Source: Eledone cirrhosa (lineage: Eukaryota). Taken from it: a stretch of 64,000 bases of DNA. Under the pieces are notes generated by a model. It saw nothing but the letters and a program-made list of their open reading frames with translations, ran no database searches and had not been told where the DNA came from. The translations under genes were made by a program, and so were the position numbers. The stretch is taken from contig OZ024743.1 of NCBI GenBank assembly GCA_964016885.1, forward strand, positions 294,934,001 to 294,998,000. The letters are read 5' to 3'. This document shows positions 26,316 to 39,606 of the stretch, one piece after another; the first letter of the stretch is position 1, and each line of letters opens with the position of its first letter.

Positions 26316-28646
26316 TTAAATATATAGGTGGACACGTCTCCGAATCCATCGGGATCAGGGTGCAAAGTCTGTTTTGAAAATGATCTGAATCTCGTGAAAT
26401 GGATCAACTTCCTTGACACGATCAGTAAATATTTGGTGTTGCACGTGACTAGCAGTAAAGGCTATGGCATGATAATATTAGCCGTTATCACCCCGACTTG
26501 AATGGAGCGGCCAAGCATCTTTAGGTGGCAATGGCATTCCTAGGAACGTCGCATACTTTAATATTGGGGGGAGATCGAATGATTATCTTGGAAACACACT
26601 GTGACTCTGTGGAGCTAGCTGATAACAGTGAGGGGTGCAAAACCACGCAAACCAGCTGAGACGTTTCCAGTTTCCTGACAGGGACCGACTGGTTTGCTCT
26701 AACGTTTCACTGTGGACATGAAGGAAATGTTTCTGCCCATCCAGATGCGTAATCTGCTAGACTAGCACCTGGAATTCCTTTAGAATTCATACAAATGCAC
26801 TAGAGCGGCATATTGGATGATGATGATTGATCCTTTGGTGAATCCTTCGTCAAACAACTCAGAAATTAACTTTCAGGTGTCGATGTTTATTCGGTAGTCA
26901 GGAGTATGCCCACTATAATCCTAATCACCGTCATCCTGACACACTACGTGGCGTTTGACTATTTAAATTCAATCGCTTCGACAGAGTTCAGAGAATTTCC
27001 CCTTACACAATTTTACACCTAGGGATTTGATCGACTCACGGCTGTTAGAAATGAACCCTGCTTAAGATAAATGTTATCAAAGCCGGGAAGCGTTCTTTTT
27101 TAACATACAAGCATGCTGCGTCCGTGGCCCATTGGATATTCTAATTCTAGATACACACATGAGTGATGTAGGAAATGAATATGGCTGGGTGTATTAACTG
27201 TCGGTTCGGATTTCGATTATCCAAGAACAGGAGTAATTGTAGTTATTAATTTGGTTTAATTAGGAAAAATCATATATAAACGATTAACACAAGAATTTTC
27301 CTGTGTACCTTTTGTATCTAATCCAACAAATTAGACAAAATAGAATATATTTCGCGTTTCTTTGCTGCTGTTGCAACTGTCGCAGCACTAAAAGATAAAA
27401 TTATGCGTTTAATAAATTTGCATATTGTTCTTAGTTTAGAAACTTTCCATCGCTTCTGTTAAATCTCAGGCGTAGAACTAATGTAGGAATTATTGAAGAA
27501 CAAGGACTACAAAACGAAAAGAAAAGTCAGCTATAGAAAGAAAATAGAGGTAAATAACGAGAGGCATACGCACAAATAATGAGAGGTGGGGGGGGGGGGA
27601 GAGATAGAAAAGTCCCTGAATAAATCGTACTTTGACAGATTTGCAAAGATATCCTAGAGAAAACAAATGAAAGCCAATAGGAAGACCAGAAACAAAAGCA
27701 ACTGCATTACAACCTGCTACCCAACAACAAAGGCTACAAATTCTCCATTAATAACATAAGTGGTAAAATTCTTCATTGAATTAAAGTGTTTGCTTATGCG
27801 TTGACAACCACAAAGGAAGTTGGTTTTATATTCAAATGATGATTTACCAACCGCTATTTTGATGTTCCTTTAGCGATTCACCATCGTTATATTTATCGTT
27901 TTCACTTTCTGTAGATAATTTTTTATTCTGTCTTTAATTCTTATATTTTCATTCTTTTTTTCTTTAGTGTCCTATGCCTTCGCCTGGTTTTGGATGTTGG
28001 AAATAAATCTGAAGTGGTTTGTTTAATTTGGTTTTGCTTTTCCACTTCTTGGCCTGACACTTCGTAACTCAGTGAAACTGGCTAGTAATAAATAGCTGTT
28101 CGCTTATATTAAATATATATTTAACGCCATCCTAAACCAACAAAAACAAATAACTATGTGAGCGAGACTCATCATTTGTGTTTATATGTCTCTCTGTGTA
28201 AAGGTACAAGCATACATGAATGTGTAATACATGAGCTCGGGTGTGTCAGTGTATCCGTGAGTATGCGTAACTACAGAGAAACCAACATTCTAAAGTGCAA
28301 TGTTTTACATTAAATTTCCGTATTTGTTCTCTTGAAAATCTTAACCTTGTTAAAATTACAATACTTTAGTTAGATAATTATGTCAGTCTCATCCGATTAA
28401 TATTCAAATTGTATTAATTTCAGTTAACTGGTTTCTTAGGTTGACATAAGTCTATTCATTTATAAGAGGAGAAAATGTGATAGATTGAAGGATATATCGA
28501 TTGTTACCATAGTCACAAGTTCGACCTCAAATTGGGTAAGGTTGCTACTTTGTTTTATCGATCCAAGAAACATTAGCGAGAAAGTTTATATATATATAAT
28601 TCAATGATATTAAATAAATGGAACTATATTTATAAAACCATATTTA

Positions 28647-28704
28647 TTCTATTATATATACTTCAAGGGTACCAAAAACTTTGGTACGCTTTCATCAGAT
28701 AAAA
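28647..28704 (-). ncRNA. Type I hammerhead (GAAA changed to GAAG)
   Basis: Reverse complement: TTTTAT-CTGATGA-AAG C GTACCAAAG..TTTGGTAC C CTT-GAAG-TATATA-TA-ATAGAA. Confidence 0.7.
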
Positions 28705-28839
28705 TACAAAGTGTGTTTTATAAATTTTGACATAGCCAAGGAACATACCTTATCAGTTGAATTTTCCTTGGATAGTCTGATATTCAACTGATAATGTATG
28801 TTCCTTGGCTATGTCAAAATTTATTAAAAACACTTTTTC

Positions 28840-28897
28840 TTTTATCTGATGAAAGCGTACCAAAGCTTTTGTTACCCTTGAAATATATATAATAGAA
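28840..28897 (+). ncRNA. Type I hammerhead ribozyme
   Basis: TTTTAT-CTGATGA-AAG C GTACCA..TGTTAC C CTT-GAAA-TATATA-TA-ATAGAA. Confidence 0.8.
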
Positions 28898-29351
28898 TTA
28901 ATATGATTTTATATATATAGTTTCCATTTATTTTCATATCATTGAATATTTACTCCGGAAATCTTTCGAGTGCTCTGAATCAGTTATAAATATTTATATT
29001 TGTTGAATTTCCAACAAATTAAATATCCCTTCTGCTTATATATATATATACATATATATATATTAGAGTGTGCCATAAATAGCAAGGTCACAATACTGTA
29101 TATTTCCCTGTTATAAATGCCCCACTTGGTAAAATAAAACATATTTTGTATAAAATAAATCATTTTGAGCCTTGCCCATATCATGGTGATTATAGTGGAA
29201 AGTGTGATTATGTTGCATAAAATCATGAAAATGTGAAACCAAATATGACCATACAATAATTGTTTATTTTATTAATCCATTATATTTAGTAAACCAGCTT
29301 TGAATATAAAGGCGTACAAGGAAGAAACAAGTTCAGTTAAGTTAACTCCAG

Positions 29352-31688
29352 TCATATTTTTTTCAGAGTTTCTTTTTTGAAATCTGGGACCTTGCGACAA
29401 TGAGCTTCGACTACTTGAAGAACACACTGCTTCTCCTCCTCATTCTTGGTGATGACAACAAAATCAGTTATCAACTTGACTGCTCTCTGCACCAGATCGT
29501 TGACTACCTTGATATTGTGAACAACAGCACATGCATTATTATATGACGCTTGTGATGACCAAGTTGCAGGTGACAGCTCAAGCCAAGTATCGTCGAGACG
29601 AAGGAGATCGAACAGAAGCCTTGACTTCAACTAAATTAAGCAGCTTCGTGGACGACTTCAACTCGGGAAATACTGGAGCACCACGGTCGAGAGGCCCAGA
29701 CGTTTTCGTTTTGACAAGACGTTAGGCTATTTGTTTCTTCTCGGACTCTTGGACCCGACTTGAAAACAGCGCTAGCGGAATGGCTTCTTCCGTCAGGTAC
29801 CAAAGATGCCTGCTCAGAGCAGTAGTGGCTGCCTGCGAGAGATCTCTATCAACCTTACTGTATTGTGTCAACTCCACGTAGAATTGAAGGTCATTGGATG
29901 GTGCATCAGCACACTTGACTGATGTCAGCCAGTATCGCACGTAGAACAGAGCATTGAACATACAGATCCGGCGCAACTTTTCCATTTTAACTTGATCGTA
30001 TTTGAGTCACTCATCAAATGCATACATCTTTGCACTATAGATGATTGTGGACATCCACCGAACGTTATGATGTGCACCAGGCAGCATCCAATGAATTCTG
30101 CGAGGAGGGGTGACACCAATCAAGATCAACATCAGCTCGGCACATTCTTGGTAGTCGTCCCGTGGAAGAGAATGCATTTGTCCATCGTCGGATGTCAGCA
30201 AATCTTGGAGGAACTTGATGTTCTCAGAACACAGACGCTTGAGTCTCCGGTCGACAATGTTCAATGTTTCAAAGTTGGTCTTGTCCGTGAGTGACACCAC
30301 CCAATCTTTGTTGAACTCCTTGAACTATGGGTGTCTGGACTGAACATTGCTCCGAATAGTTGTTCCGACACTGCACACAAGATACGCTCCATGGTGCCGA
30401 CAAGCAAAATAATACACCTTTTTGTTAAGCATCTCTTCTAGTTTCATGCAGGCACCATTTTTCCATCCAGAATTCGAAGCAGTTGTGTCGAAGACCAAGC
30501 CCACCACAGACCCATCAACATTCCAATCTTTAACAAGATCAAATGATGCTTTGGCTTGGGTGGTTCCAGTGCCATCAGGAATTATGGGAACACCGAGGAG
30601 TTTACCTTCTCTGAAGTCCGGAGTTCCAGCAACTAGTACACCTAGCCTCTCGTGGTCACCAGGAATTATTTTGCCATCCCAATGCAAGGTAACAAAGTCT
30701 GGTACCTTTATGTGTTCAGCCCCACAGTTCTGATCTTCTTAGCTGCACGTCTGCTACTATTCTTGGAGAGAGTTGTGGCGTCTATGTCGGTCCCACCCTC
30801 AGAAATAATCGATGCCATAAATGCTGTTCTCTGGCCCAGTGTCAGGTTTAAACGATCAGCCATTAGAGAAATCTTTGGACTTTGAAATGGATTCTTTGGG
30901 AGTTCCAGCTGGATATTTCGTTTCTTGTCTGACTTTAAGCTGTCTCTGGGTGGGCCTTGAGGCCTGATATTCAAGATCCTGTTCATCTTCAGTTTCATCA
31001 TTGGTTGAACTTTAATCACTCCGTTCATTACGTGGAAGTTGTGCTGCTACAGATCCTGACAAACGCTTTCCTTGGTTCTCTGACTCTCGACGAGCCACAG
31101 AAACCTGATCACGCTTAAACTTTGACGATACCTTTTTCTGGTAACCCTTGTGTTCAGCACCGAGAGTTACTTTTTTCTGGCAACGCAGGGCTTCGAGAAA
31201 TGTAGCATCTTCCATTTTTCTTGCTGGCCTTGTGCCTAAAGTAGAAACAATTATTACGAAGACTGTCTTTCAAACTTCTCTTTTCAGCATAAGTATGTGC
31301 AATGTAGAAATACGAATCCAATTCAGAAATAAATAGTGCTCCCTTTTCTTTGTTTGACTAAAAACCTTTGTTTTTTTTGTAAATTTCTGTATTCACTGTA
31401 CATGTTCATAATTTTCAGTTTCACTGTGTCTTCTCGTTGAGTCGCCACACCAGCTTTTTCCCACTGACTAACTACCTCCATCACAAGCCTATCCGCAATA
31501 GCACCATTGAAGCTCACATGCTTTCGTGTTTCATAGGACCATCTTTCAGGTAGAAGAAATATCTCAGAACATCCCCCTCTGTTGGTATTTTGTTTGGTGA
31601 AAAGGATGTAACATATTGCCCCAAGGACCCTATTACTCGGGCATGTAGCTACAACTAGGCCCACTGGTTTCCAGCATCATTCTGCCAT
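29352..31688 (-). pseudogene. hATm-like transposase, several frameshifts and stops
   Basis: HWDGK..FDTTASNSG..GAC..ACRHH; RDDYQE..PGAHHNVRWM; RHLWYLTEE; VVNDLVQRAVKL. Confidence 0.85.
31221..31256 (+). mobile_element. 36-bp SINE 3' tail inside the hATm ORF
   Basis: TTGCTGGCCTTGTGCCTAAAGTAGAAACAATTATTA, the same tail as at 48713-48746 and, with one mismatch, 43566-43601. Confidence 0.85.
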
Positions 31689-31831
31689 TTTGCAACTATT
31701 AGGCAAGGCTTAATTAGTCTGAAATAATTGAAATTACATTATAAATTGATAATATTCAAAATGGCATGAGAAAATGCACAGGGAGCTAAGAAAAAAAAGT
31801 TTTTGTGTAAAATGTGGGATTCTGGAACACC

Positions 31832-31896
<65 letters not shown>

Positions 31897-32075
31897 GTTA
31901 TAATGTTGTAGCGCAGAACACTCTAACTTTATACTCAGTTTTTATTTATATTATGTATATTATGTATGTGTACATTTATATATATATATAGATATAGATA
32001 TATGTGTGTGTGCGTATGTATGTATATATAATATATATATGTTTGTATATGTGTGTGTGTATGTGTGTGTGCGCA

Positions 32076-32134
<59 letters not shown>

Positions 32135-33262
32135 GTATATAGGATAACAAGACATCGTTATAGGTAATCCAGTTAGAGGTTGTGAATACTTCTTATTATG
32201 GATAGTTTTAGCGTACGGCGTTGTATGACTCAACAAGAGGTTTACGTAGATGACGAGTTTATGATTTCACTTGTATTCCTATGTAAGTTTATCTTGGAGT
32301 AATAAAATTGAAAAAGTTGAAAATAACATGGTCAACAGTGCAAAAAAAGGAGATTTATTTACAGTCTAACAATTCGTTCAATTTTACAGTAAAATTGAAC
32401 GAATTATATTATTCGTCGACATTAATCAGCAACCAAATTCGAGAACTTTAGACCACCTTAATTCCATCTTATCTATTCCATAACCCTGATTGTACCACTT
32501 GGATCTACTATGATATCACATTATCAGCATCATCATCACCATAATAATTATCAAAGAACAACATCTAATCCTCTTATATTTACATTCTTATTTTATATAT
32601 ATCTATATTTCACTCTCTATCTTGGCATGTCTCTCCCTAAACTTTTTTCATCTCGGTCATTTTATCGTATCATATAATATATCTTAAAACTAGTTTAAAA
32701 TAACCTATTAAAATAACCTATACACACATAAATATATTTAACATTATCATATTTTCAACTTAATATATTAACTTGTTTAAATATTCTTCGTACATTTTTA
32801 CTTCTTTTACATATTTATTTATTTATTTTATATTACATTAGATGTAATTTGTTTATTTATTTATTTATTTATTTATCTATCTATTTTTTATATATTTTTT
32901 ATATATTTTATATATATATTTTCATTTATTTCCTCATATTTCTATATATCTATCTTTATTTTTATTTACATTTATTCATATATTAACGTTTATTCATCTG
33001 TTTGCCCCTCTACCTTCATCTCTCTATCCTAGTTCTACTTGTGTTTGTCTATCATATTCTATACATCTTATTTTTAGCTGTAATAATATCTCCTTTTCCC
33101 TCTTCTTTCTCTATTTCTTTTTCTTTTTCCTTCTTCCTTTCCCTTATCTCTGTACTATATCTATTTCCCTTCCTTGTTTTCTCTCTATATCTTTATTATT
33201 GATATTATTATTGATGTTGTAATTTGAATTTTTAAATTTGTCGGTTACATATATATTTTTTA

Positions 33263-33369
33263 ACAGTTTCTGAAGATATGATGGAGCCAACATGTATTAT
33301 AAATTGAGTAAGTTTTCAGTGTTTAGCAATTTTTAGACAACTCTATCAGTGAAACAATTGTTAGAGTGT
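33263..33369 (+). ncRNA. Type I hammerhead with long stem II insertion
   Basis: ACAGTTT-CTGAAGA-ta TGATGGAG..(~54 nt)..CTCTATCA gt-GAAA-CAATTG-TT-AGAGTGT; the inverted partial copy at 32305-32375 restores stem I (AGACTGT). Confidence 0.65.
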
Positions 33370-33608
33370 AAATAAATCTCCTTTTTTGTACTGTTGACCC
33401 TGTTATTCTCCACTTTTTCAATTATATATATATATATACATTATCGGAGAATATAGCGATACTCCGACCAAATCCCAACTCACTCAACAAACATAGGAAA
33501 TAAGTGAGTATATTCCTAATTAAACGTTCGGAGTGCTAACTAATTGTATTGTGTGGAAAATTGGCTGTATTATTTCATATGAGATATATCGAATATGTCT
33601 CTTCTCAG

Positions 33609-33730
33609 ACGGACGTCTCGTTTCATGATAAGATTCCTACAATTTGGGTGAAATTATACCAATTTATGCAGAAGCTTGTATAAGATCAACAGATACTTAT
33701 TCAAGTGGGCTCTTATAATTCTTCAGTGGG
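33609..33730 (-). ncRNA. Hammerhead-like motif with very long stem II (stem I decayed)
   Basis: Reverse complement: CTGAAGA-ATTATAAGA..TCTTATCAT-GAAA-CG aga CG-TC. Confidence 0.45.
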
Positions 33731-34354
33731 TGCCCAATAATACTAATATTAATAATCAAATCAATATCAGTATCTAGCGGCGATAATTACCATCAGTGCT
33801 TGTGGTAGCTGCCAGGTTGCTATTCTAGCAGTTCTAAAGAAATTCTCAAACTGATTCAAAAATGAGGAAGTAGATTACCGCCAAAAAAACAATACAATAC
33901 GTAGGACAATGAATTCTAAAAGGAATTCAGGCCACGTGCTAGAAGACAATTGGAATTTGAAAAAAATATCCATGTGTGTACATCGTTTGATGTCACACAT
34001 AGATATTTCTCGGGCAAAATAAGAGAATGAGATACAAGAAACAATCAATATTCATATATAGAAAAAATGAACAAAGAGAGTCAAACCTTATATCGGGAAG
34101 TTCATATCTGTTGCACCAAGAGTAAATAAATAAATACATTTCGGAGAAAGCTTTTAGCGATACTCCGGCCAAATCCCAACTCACTCATATATATATATGT
34201 ATATTAAGCAAAGAATCGCTGCTTTCACCCTCTTTGATTAAACTTTAATCTGTTATTTTAATAAATATTTGCTCTCCGGTTCTTATATATTTGATATATA
34301 TTTATCCTTATCGAGCCCTCTTTGGATTTTAGTCTTTGCATTTATTATTATTAC

Positions 34355-34445
<91 letters not shown>

Positions 34446-34447
<2 letters not shown>

Positions 34448-35505
34448 TAAGAATAATGAGTTCTAAACTCAAGCAGTCATTTACAATGAAATAGCTCTAA
34501 GAAAGAAGTATTTCTGAGCCGTGTAATACAAGTTAATATAAATTAATATATTATGATGATGAAAAATACTAATTATAATAATACAGTTTGTCTGTCTCGA
34601 TTTAAAATAATAAATCAATAAAAACAAACGATATTGGCAAATGGCCATGGTACGTAGACAAATTTAAATTTCAAAATCAAACCTGTTCCGTAGATAAGTT
34701 TAAACTTCAAAATCCAAATAAGTTTCGAGATGGATTTTGAAGTTTAAACTTATCTACGGAACAGGTTTGATTTTGAAATATAAATTTGTCTAAGTACCAT
34801 GGCCATTTGCCAATATCGTTTGTTTTTATTGATTTATTATTTTAAATCGAGACAGACAAACTGTATTATTATAATTAGTATTTTTCAATCTAGCTAACTT
34901 AGTCTTTTACAATACAAACACTTATATGATGGTATTTGTGTTTCATCATATATATTAATTTATATTAACTTGTATTACACGGCTCAGAAATACTTCGTTC
35001 TTTGAGCTATTTCATTGTAAAGGACTGCTTGAGTTTAGAACTCATTATTCTTAGTATCACTGCTCCTTATGTAGTGCTAACTTTAGCTCCATGTAAATCG
35101 CTGTTATTTCTAGCAGAACGAGTATGCGGCAGCTAGAAACTGGAAAACATTGTGCGTTAAACAGTCTTTTTAAATATTTTGAAGTGAAGCATACCAATAG
35201 TTCAGGGTACTTACTGAAGAGAGCTGAACGGGGTATTCTTTCACTTTTCCATCTCAAAACTTATTGGATTTTGAAGTTTAAACTTATATACGGAACAGGT
35301 TTGATTTTGAAATTTAAATTTGTCTACGTACCATGGCCATTTGCCAATATCGTTTGTTTTTATTGATTTATTATTTTAAATCGAGACAGACAAACTGTAT
35401 TATTATAATTAGTATTTTTCAATCTAGCTAACTTAGTCTTTTACAATACAAACACTTATATGTTGGTATTTGTGTTTCATCATATATATGAATTTATATT
35501 AACTC
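34446..35505. repeat. Long inverted repeat (34446-35055) plus a third copy (35265-35505)
   Basis: Arms of about 270 and 325 bp around 34716-34731, the left arm internally deleted; abuts (TA)n at both ends. Confidence 0.9.
35211..35283 (+). ncRNA. Degenerate type I hammerhead
   Basis: TTA-CTGAAGA-GAG..CTC-[A]AAA-CTT..AAG-TT-TAA; G12 is retained in the homologous piece at 34717-34733 (reverse complement CTCGAAACTT). Confidence 0.45.
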
Positions 35506-35565
<60 letters not shown>

Positions 35566-35614
35566 GAATATATATGTATATATATATATCCATATAAATA
35601 TATATATATATATA

Positions 35615-35719
35615 TAGGAACCAGTAAGACCCCGACAGCTGACTACCCACTCTACTACCCCAAGTATTGAGTACTTTGGTGCGTTATGGTCCACCTGGTT
35701 CCTTACCACATTTCCTTCG

Positions 35720-35722
<3 letters not shown>
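35615..35722 (-). mobile_element. Fragments of the U3-A8 pLTR family between (TA)n tracts
   Basis: Homologous to 47941-48048 in mixed orientation. Confidence 0.75.
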
Positions 35723-35773
<51 letters not shown>

Positions 35774-35801
35774 ATATGAATATATATGTATATATATATC
35801 C

Positions 35802-35848
<47 letters not shown>

Positions 35849-36187
35849 GTGTGTGTGTGTGCATATTATTTGTAAGTAGATGTATGCGGATGCATATCGA
35901 TGTACATATGCATATTGAATGTAAATCCTCGCGCGGGTGTATATGCGTATATATGCGAGTATATGTTTGTGTATGTATATATCTGTACGCGCACATGCAA
36001 CGCACGTGCGCATACATGTGTACATGCACTCACGTAGAAGTTTATATAATAATACATGCATGTATAATTGTTATACACTCTATCTTTGTTTGCGCATGCA
36101 TCCACACCAGTCAGCGCATACTTATGTATGAGCCTAAATCTGAAAACAATAGTCTTAATGTTCTCATTATTGCTATTACAAGGACCG

Positions 36188-36364
36188 GATTGGCAGTATC
36201 GGTAGAGGGTTGGATGCTATGCTTTGTGGCATAGAGTTATGGCCCTTTATGTTCTGAATTCAGGTTAACTTTGGCTCTCATCCTTACAGGAACGATAAAA
36301 TAAAGCACCGGCATGGCATAGGAGTAATTGCTGACCTTGTTCCAAAAGCAGAAACAATTATTAT
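36188..36364 (+). mobile_element. tRNA-derived Nin-like SINE
   Basis: A box, core and tail as at 22462. Confidence 0.8.
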
Positions 36365-36692
36365 TTTTACCATTATTAATACTTCAGTATTTTAATGTTT
36401 AATCATTTTAACTTTTATTTATATCATTTTCATATATATTAGCTGGAAATCAATCGGCTATTCTGAAAAGAATATTAGTCTTCTGAATGTTTCATAGAAA
36501 AATGTGTTTTTTCCATAGCAAGAACTTTTTGTTCTAGCTCCACATAACGATGTAATTATCCTTGCATACAGTTCGCCCATCCCAAGAGAACGACTTCACT
36601 TACCGCCGTTATGTCTCCCAGTTTTCTAAAAGCAATATTTAGTAGTAACGTTTTTGAAATATTTACTTCTTCGTCTACAGACAATTTTTCTC

Positions 36693-36743
36693 AGTTTCAG
36701 AAGATCCCACTTAGAGTGAAAGCAGAAATGATTTGCTTAAACT
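36693..36743 (+). ncRNA. Type I hammerhead, U4A core variant (stem II decayed)
   Basis: AGTTT-CAGAAGA-tcccacttagagt-GAAA-GCA gaaatgatt TGC-TT-AAACT. Confidence 0.6.
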
Positions 36744-38279
36744 TTAATCTGTACTAATAATAAATATTTGCTCTACGGGTTTATATATACTTAAATATAT
36801 ACAATCCTTATCGATATATTTAGATATGAGTCAGGTAGATTAAATACATGAACGAATTATAATTATGGAATTGTTATATATACTTCATCTAATATTACAG
36901 CCAGTATTTTTTCATTAGATACAGTATAACCAGCCCCACCAAACTGCAGCCAGTAACACACATAGAGCGCACCTGTCTAACAGCAAATGATTGGTCGGAA
37001 TTCCCGGGGACTCCGCAAGGGCACTGGTATAGAAGTCGGCCAAGAATGAATGATCGATTGCAATGGATCAGGGTACTGAAGCATCACAGCGGGGACATCA
37101 TACGGTCAATAGCTTACATTTTTCATTTTCGTAAAATGGTAAAAAATAAAAGCAATAAACATCTTGTGGTGATCTGAACTCGGACCAAAAGTTGTAACAA
37201 TATAAGAAAAAAAAAATCAGACACTTTGATAGTTCAGCCAGACAGTAACACACCCTTAAAAATTTGCTTTAAATTTAATATACCAAAGCAAAAGACTATT
37301 TCTTTCTAACATATTCACGGGAACGTTGACACGAATATAACAATGCTACTTTTTCTAGCACTTTAACGATTCTTTCAGCTAGATACCCGACAATAGAACA
37401 ATATTTTTAGAATTAAAATATAAATTTCAGAGCCTAATTTTGCTATAGTATTCTGTGGGTTACGGTTTATTAGGTATAAGCTAAAAGAATTCTAGAAGAC
37501 CTGTTTCGAGTTAATATAGATTCTTTTCAAGAGATTTCTAAACGAAATTCTAATTCTAAATTCCAACCAATACTTCTAGAAACATTATATTGATTAATCC
37601 GGAGCATTGTGAGATATGTAATAAAAGACCGATAATTTTTAAAATGTATATACAATGCGGTAGAAAAACAAGAAAGGTAAATGATGACAAATAAAACAAA
37701 ACAGAGTAATGTTTTACCCAGTGTGTTTCAATATATTTCAGAGTTATCGCTCTCTTTTCAAATATGGAAATGAAATAGTTCAAAACAAAACGAACAATCG
37801 ATGTGCTCTTCCTTAACTGTCCTAGGTGTCTGTAATATGCATTTTCCCTTTGTATTTTTCAACTGCATTGTACCGGCTTTTTGAAAATTATCTGAATTTT
37901 ATTAGATTATTTATTTTTTGATTGGTGGTAGTTAATATTTTTCTAAACATGAAGATAGTAACTGGAATATAGCTTTCAATGCCTCTAATGCAACAGTTTT
38001 TCCAATGTTTTATATGGGAATTTTCCATGGAATGACTCCTACATTCCATGCTGAATTTATTTATTTATTCGGTATTTTTATTATTGATATTGTTATTTTT
38101 TGAAATATTGTTCCTGCTATTCGTATGACTACAGTTGCTGTTTCATTTAACCTTCCCTTCAATCCATGCAAACCTTACTCTGTGTGTTTTTCGTCCTTGT
38201 ATTGCCCATTGTATTATGTGTTGTGTCGCATAAAATACAATATCATTATTATATCTATTTATATCGATTATATCTATCA

Positions 38280-38897
38280 GGGTGGTGAATTGGCAGTATC
38301 GGTTGAGCGTTAGACACCATGCTTTGCAGCATAGAGTTACGGCTCTTTACGTTCTGAGTTCAAATCCCGTCGCGGTTAACTTTGCTTTTCATCCTTACGG
38401 GGTTGATTTAATCGACGTTTCCCTACTCCCAAATTACTGGCCTTGTGCCTATACTAGAAATCATTATTATATCTATTTAAATCTATTACATCTATCAGGG
38501 CGGTGACTTGGTATTATCGGTAGAGCGTCAGATACCTAGTTTATATCATAGAGCTACGGCCCTTTACGATATGAGTTCAAATCCCGCCGAAGTTAACTTT
38601 GACTTTCATCCTTACGGGGGTCGATAAGATAACGTACCATTAAGACACTGGGCTTGTGCCACAAGTAGAAACAACTATTATATCTATTTAATAATAAATT
38701 ATTATTATCGTGTCCGCGGTGGATTGGCAGAATCGAAAAATCGTCAGACAAAATACTTTGTGCCGTATTTACGGCCTTTTACGTTCTTCGCCTTTTATCC
38801 TACACTGATCGATAGAATAAAGTACAGTCAAGTACTGGGTCTTATTTAATCGACTTCCCAAAATGTTCTGGCTTTGTGAGTAAATTGGATATTATTT
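38280..38897 (+). mobile_element. Three head-to-tail Nin-like SINE copies
   Basis: Heads at about 38280, 38499 and 38716, each with core and tail; B box clear in the first two. Confidence 0.85.
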
Positions 38898-39213
38898 TTA
38901 TAAACGTGGAGGTACACGTTCACGGAGCTCTGCCTGGAAGATGAAAGGAACCCATAAAACAGTAAAAGAAATATGTAAATCTGTAACTTAAAATATGTAA
39001 CAATTTATTACATTGATTTAAGTGATCATGAGGCTACATAGTTGAGATATGGATATTCAAATACAACTTTAGATGGTGGAAGAAACCTTTATATACACTT
39101 TGGAACATTAAATTTTATTTTTATAACAAGCTACATATTTAACATGTAGTTCTTCTAGCTGATAGTAAAAAAAACAGACTTATAAAAAAAATCGAGATAG
39201 CGATAAAGGTTGT

Positions 39214-39606
<393 letters not shown>

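Larger units (their letters stand above)
28598..28947. repeat. Inverted duplication of an HHR-bearing pLTR-like unit
   Basis: Arms of about 165 bp with a ~20-nt spacer; a third copy lies at 47730-47896. Confidence 0.9.
29063..31835 (-). mobile_element. hATm-type DNA transposon, full length, decayed
   Basis: TIRs TTAGAGTGTGCCA (29063-29075) and the reverse complement of TGGAACACCCTAA (31823-31835) match at 11 of 13 positions; encloses transposase fragments; (TA)n on both sides. Confidence 0.8.

Noticed and set aside
26330-26960. GC-richer stretch that may be an old retroelement coding fragment
   Set aside because: No diagnostic motif recovered by manual translation.
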